From the NCBI GenBank assembly GCA_000388065.2, contig KB932204.1: DNA of 8,623 nucleotides, one strand, 5' to 3'. Both the position numbers and the translations under genes were made by a program. The notes below the pieces were generated by a model. The model was not told the DNA's origin, did no database searches, and saw only the letters and a program-made list of their open reading frames with translations. Shown one piece after another: positions 7,998 to 8,623 of this stretch. Positions within the stretch are counted from its first letter, which is position 1. Each line of letters opens with the position of its first letter. This DNA comes from Fonticula alba ATCC 38817. Lineage: Eukaryota > Protista > Nucleariida.

Positions 7998-8008
7998 ACT
8001 TCCGGTCG
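7998..8008 (-). promoter_or_regulatory. ETS-family site (ACCGGAAGT on minus), copy 1
   Basis: ACTTCCGGTCG, identical 11-mer to 8405-8415. Confidence 0.35.
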
Positions 8009-8404
8009 ATTCCCGCTCCCAGCCCCCGGGCCCCCGCGGCCTTCGGAGGACGCGACCGCGGGCCCCATTCGCAGCTCCTTACGGACATGGCCGGCCAATG
8101 CTGCGGCCCCCAAGGCGCGGTCCCATTCAATGCATTCCACGCCCCCGGGGGCAGCAATGCGTTCGGTGGCCCCCCCCCCCCCTCCTCCCCTGGGGGGAAG
8201 GCGTCTCCCCACTTGCGGGGTCGACCGTGCGCCAGTCCCTGCCGTGTTTTCCCAGGCCCTCCGCCGGGGGCCATCCATGCCGGCCGGGCCCTTGCGAACG
8301 GGAGCACGCCCCCCCCCCCCGGCGGGCACTCCGGTCGACGCGAAGGGACGCGCACGCGTCCGCACGGGCTCCTGCCCTTTGGCGCGCATGAGCCACGGAT
8401 GGCT

Positions 8405-8415
8405 ACTTCCGGTCG
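8405..8415 (-). promoter_or_regulatory. ETS-family site (ACCGGAAGT on minus), copy 2
   Basis: ACTTCCGGTCG, identical 11-mer to 7998-8008. Confidence 0.35.
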
Positions 8416-8609
8416 CGAATGTCTGGACCATGCCCCCGCCCGGGGCCGCCGCTGCCGCATGATAATCCCCCCCCCCCCGTCCCGACACCTGGGCTGATGT
8501 GTCCCGTAACTGGCGGCGCCCTGCAGGTGGCTCCGTCTCACCGCCTCTTTTTGACAGACCCGCCGGTGCTTGCTTCCCCACCTTCTTGGAGCCCGGCTCC
8601 CCGTCGCTG

Positions 8610-8623
8610 CCCCCCCCCCCCCC
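8610..8623 (+). repeat. Terminal poly-C (C14), probable contig break
   Basis: The window ends inside a C run. Confidence 0.9.

Noticed and set aside
8217-8228. GGGTCGACC resembling a Pol I terminator Sal box
   Set aside because: It diverges after the SalI core, is not tandemly repeated, and no 18S, 5.8S or 28S sequence is present in the window.
8291-8302. CGTTCGCAA on the minus strand (and other GTTCGC hexamers) resembling alphaherpesvirus origin-binding boxes
   Set aside because: Imperfect matches, and not arranged as a palindrome around an AT-rich spacer.
5113-8497. Very long ORFs (879, 883, 711, 482 aa) in the ORF track
   Set aside because: They read through the 860-N gap as X, and the remainder is low-complexity Arg/Gly/Pro/Ala.
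1-8623. Recognisable herpesvirus genes (ICP0 RING, ICP4, ICP34.5) or anellovirus ORF motifs
   Set aside because: Looked for because of the composition; none of the translated frames show these signatures.

Overview
No gene can be confidently identified in this window. It is extremely GC-rich (about 75% by spot-counting lines) and CpG-rich. It looks like a short-read scaffold: two contigs (1-6812 and 7673-8623) joined by an 860-N gap, with breaks at C homopolymers and a (CT)n tract. The many six-frame ORFs are Pro/Arg/Gly/Ala-rich, overlap on both strands, and resemble no family I recognise, as expected when stop codons are rare. I found no rRNA, tRNA, CRISPR array, transposase/RT or bacterial-type gene organisation. 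What the sequence does support: long C homopolymers (up to C39), (CA)/(TG), (CG)n and (CT)n microsatellites, and G-quadruplex/Z-DNA-prone tracts. It also carries metazoan-type Pol II signals (ETS, STAT/GAS, CCAAT, CRE-like, YY1-like, two minus-strand AATAAA, consensus splice donors) and a 69-nt pre-miRNA-sized hairpin. My working inference is animal regulatory/non-coding DNA (very long CpG island or rDNA-spacer-like) or a non-coding repeat/latency region of a high-GC vertebrate DNA virus. A high-GC protist or algal intron-rich locus is not excluded. The source cannot be determined without a search.
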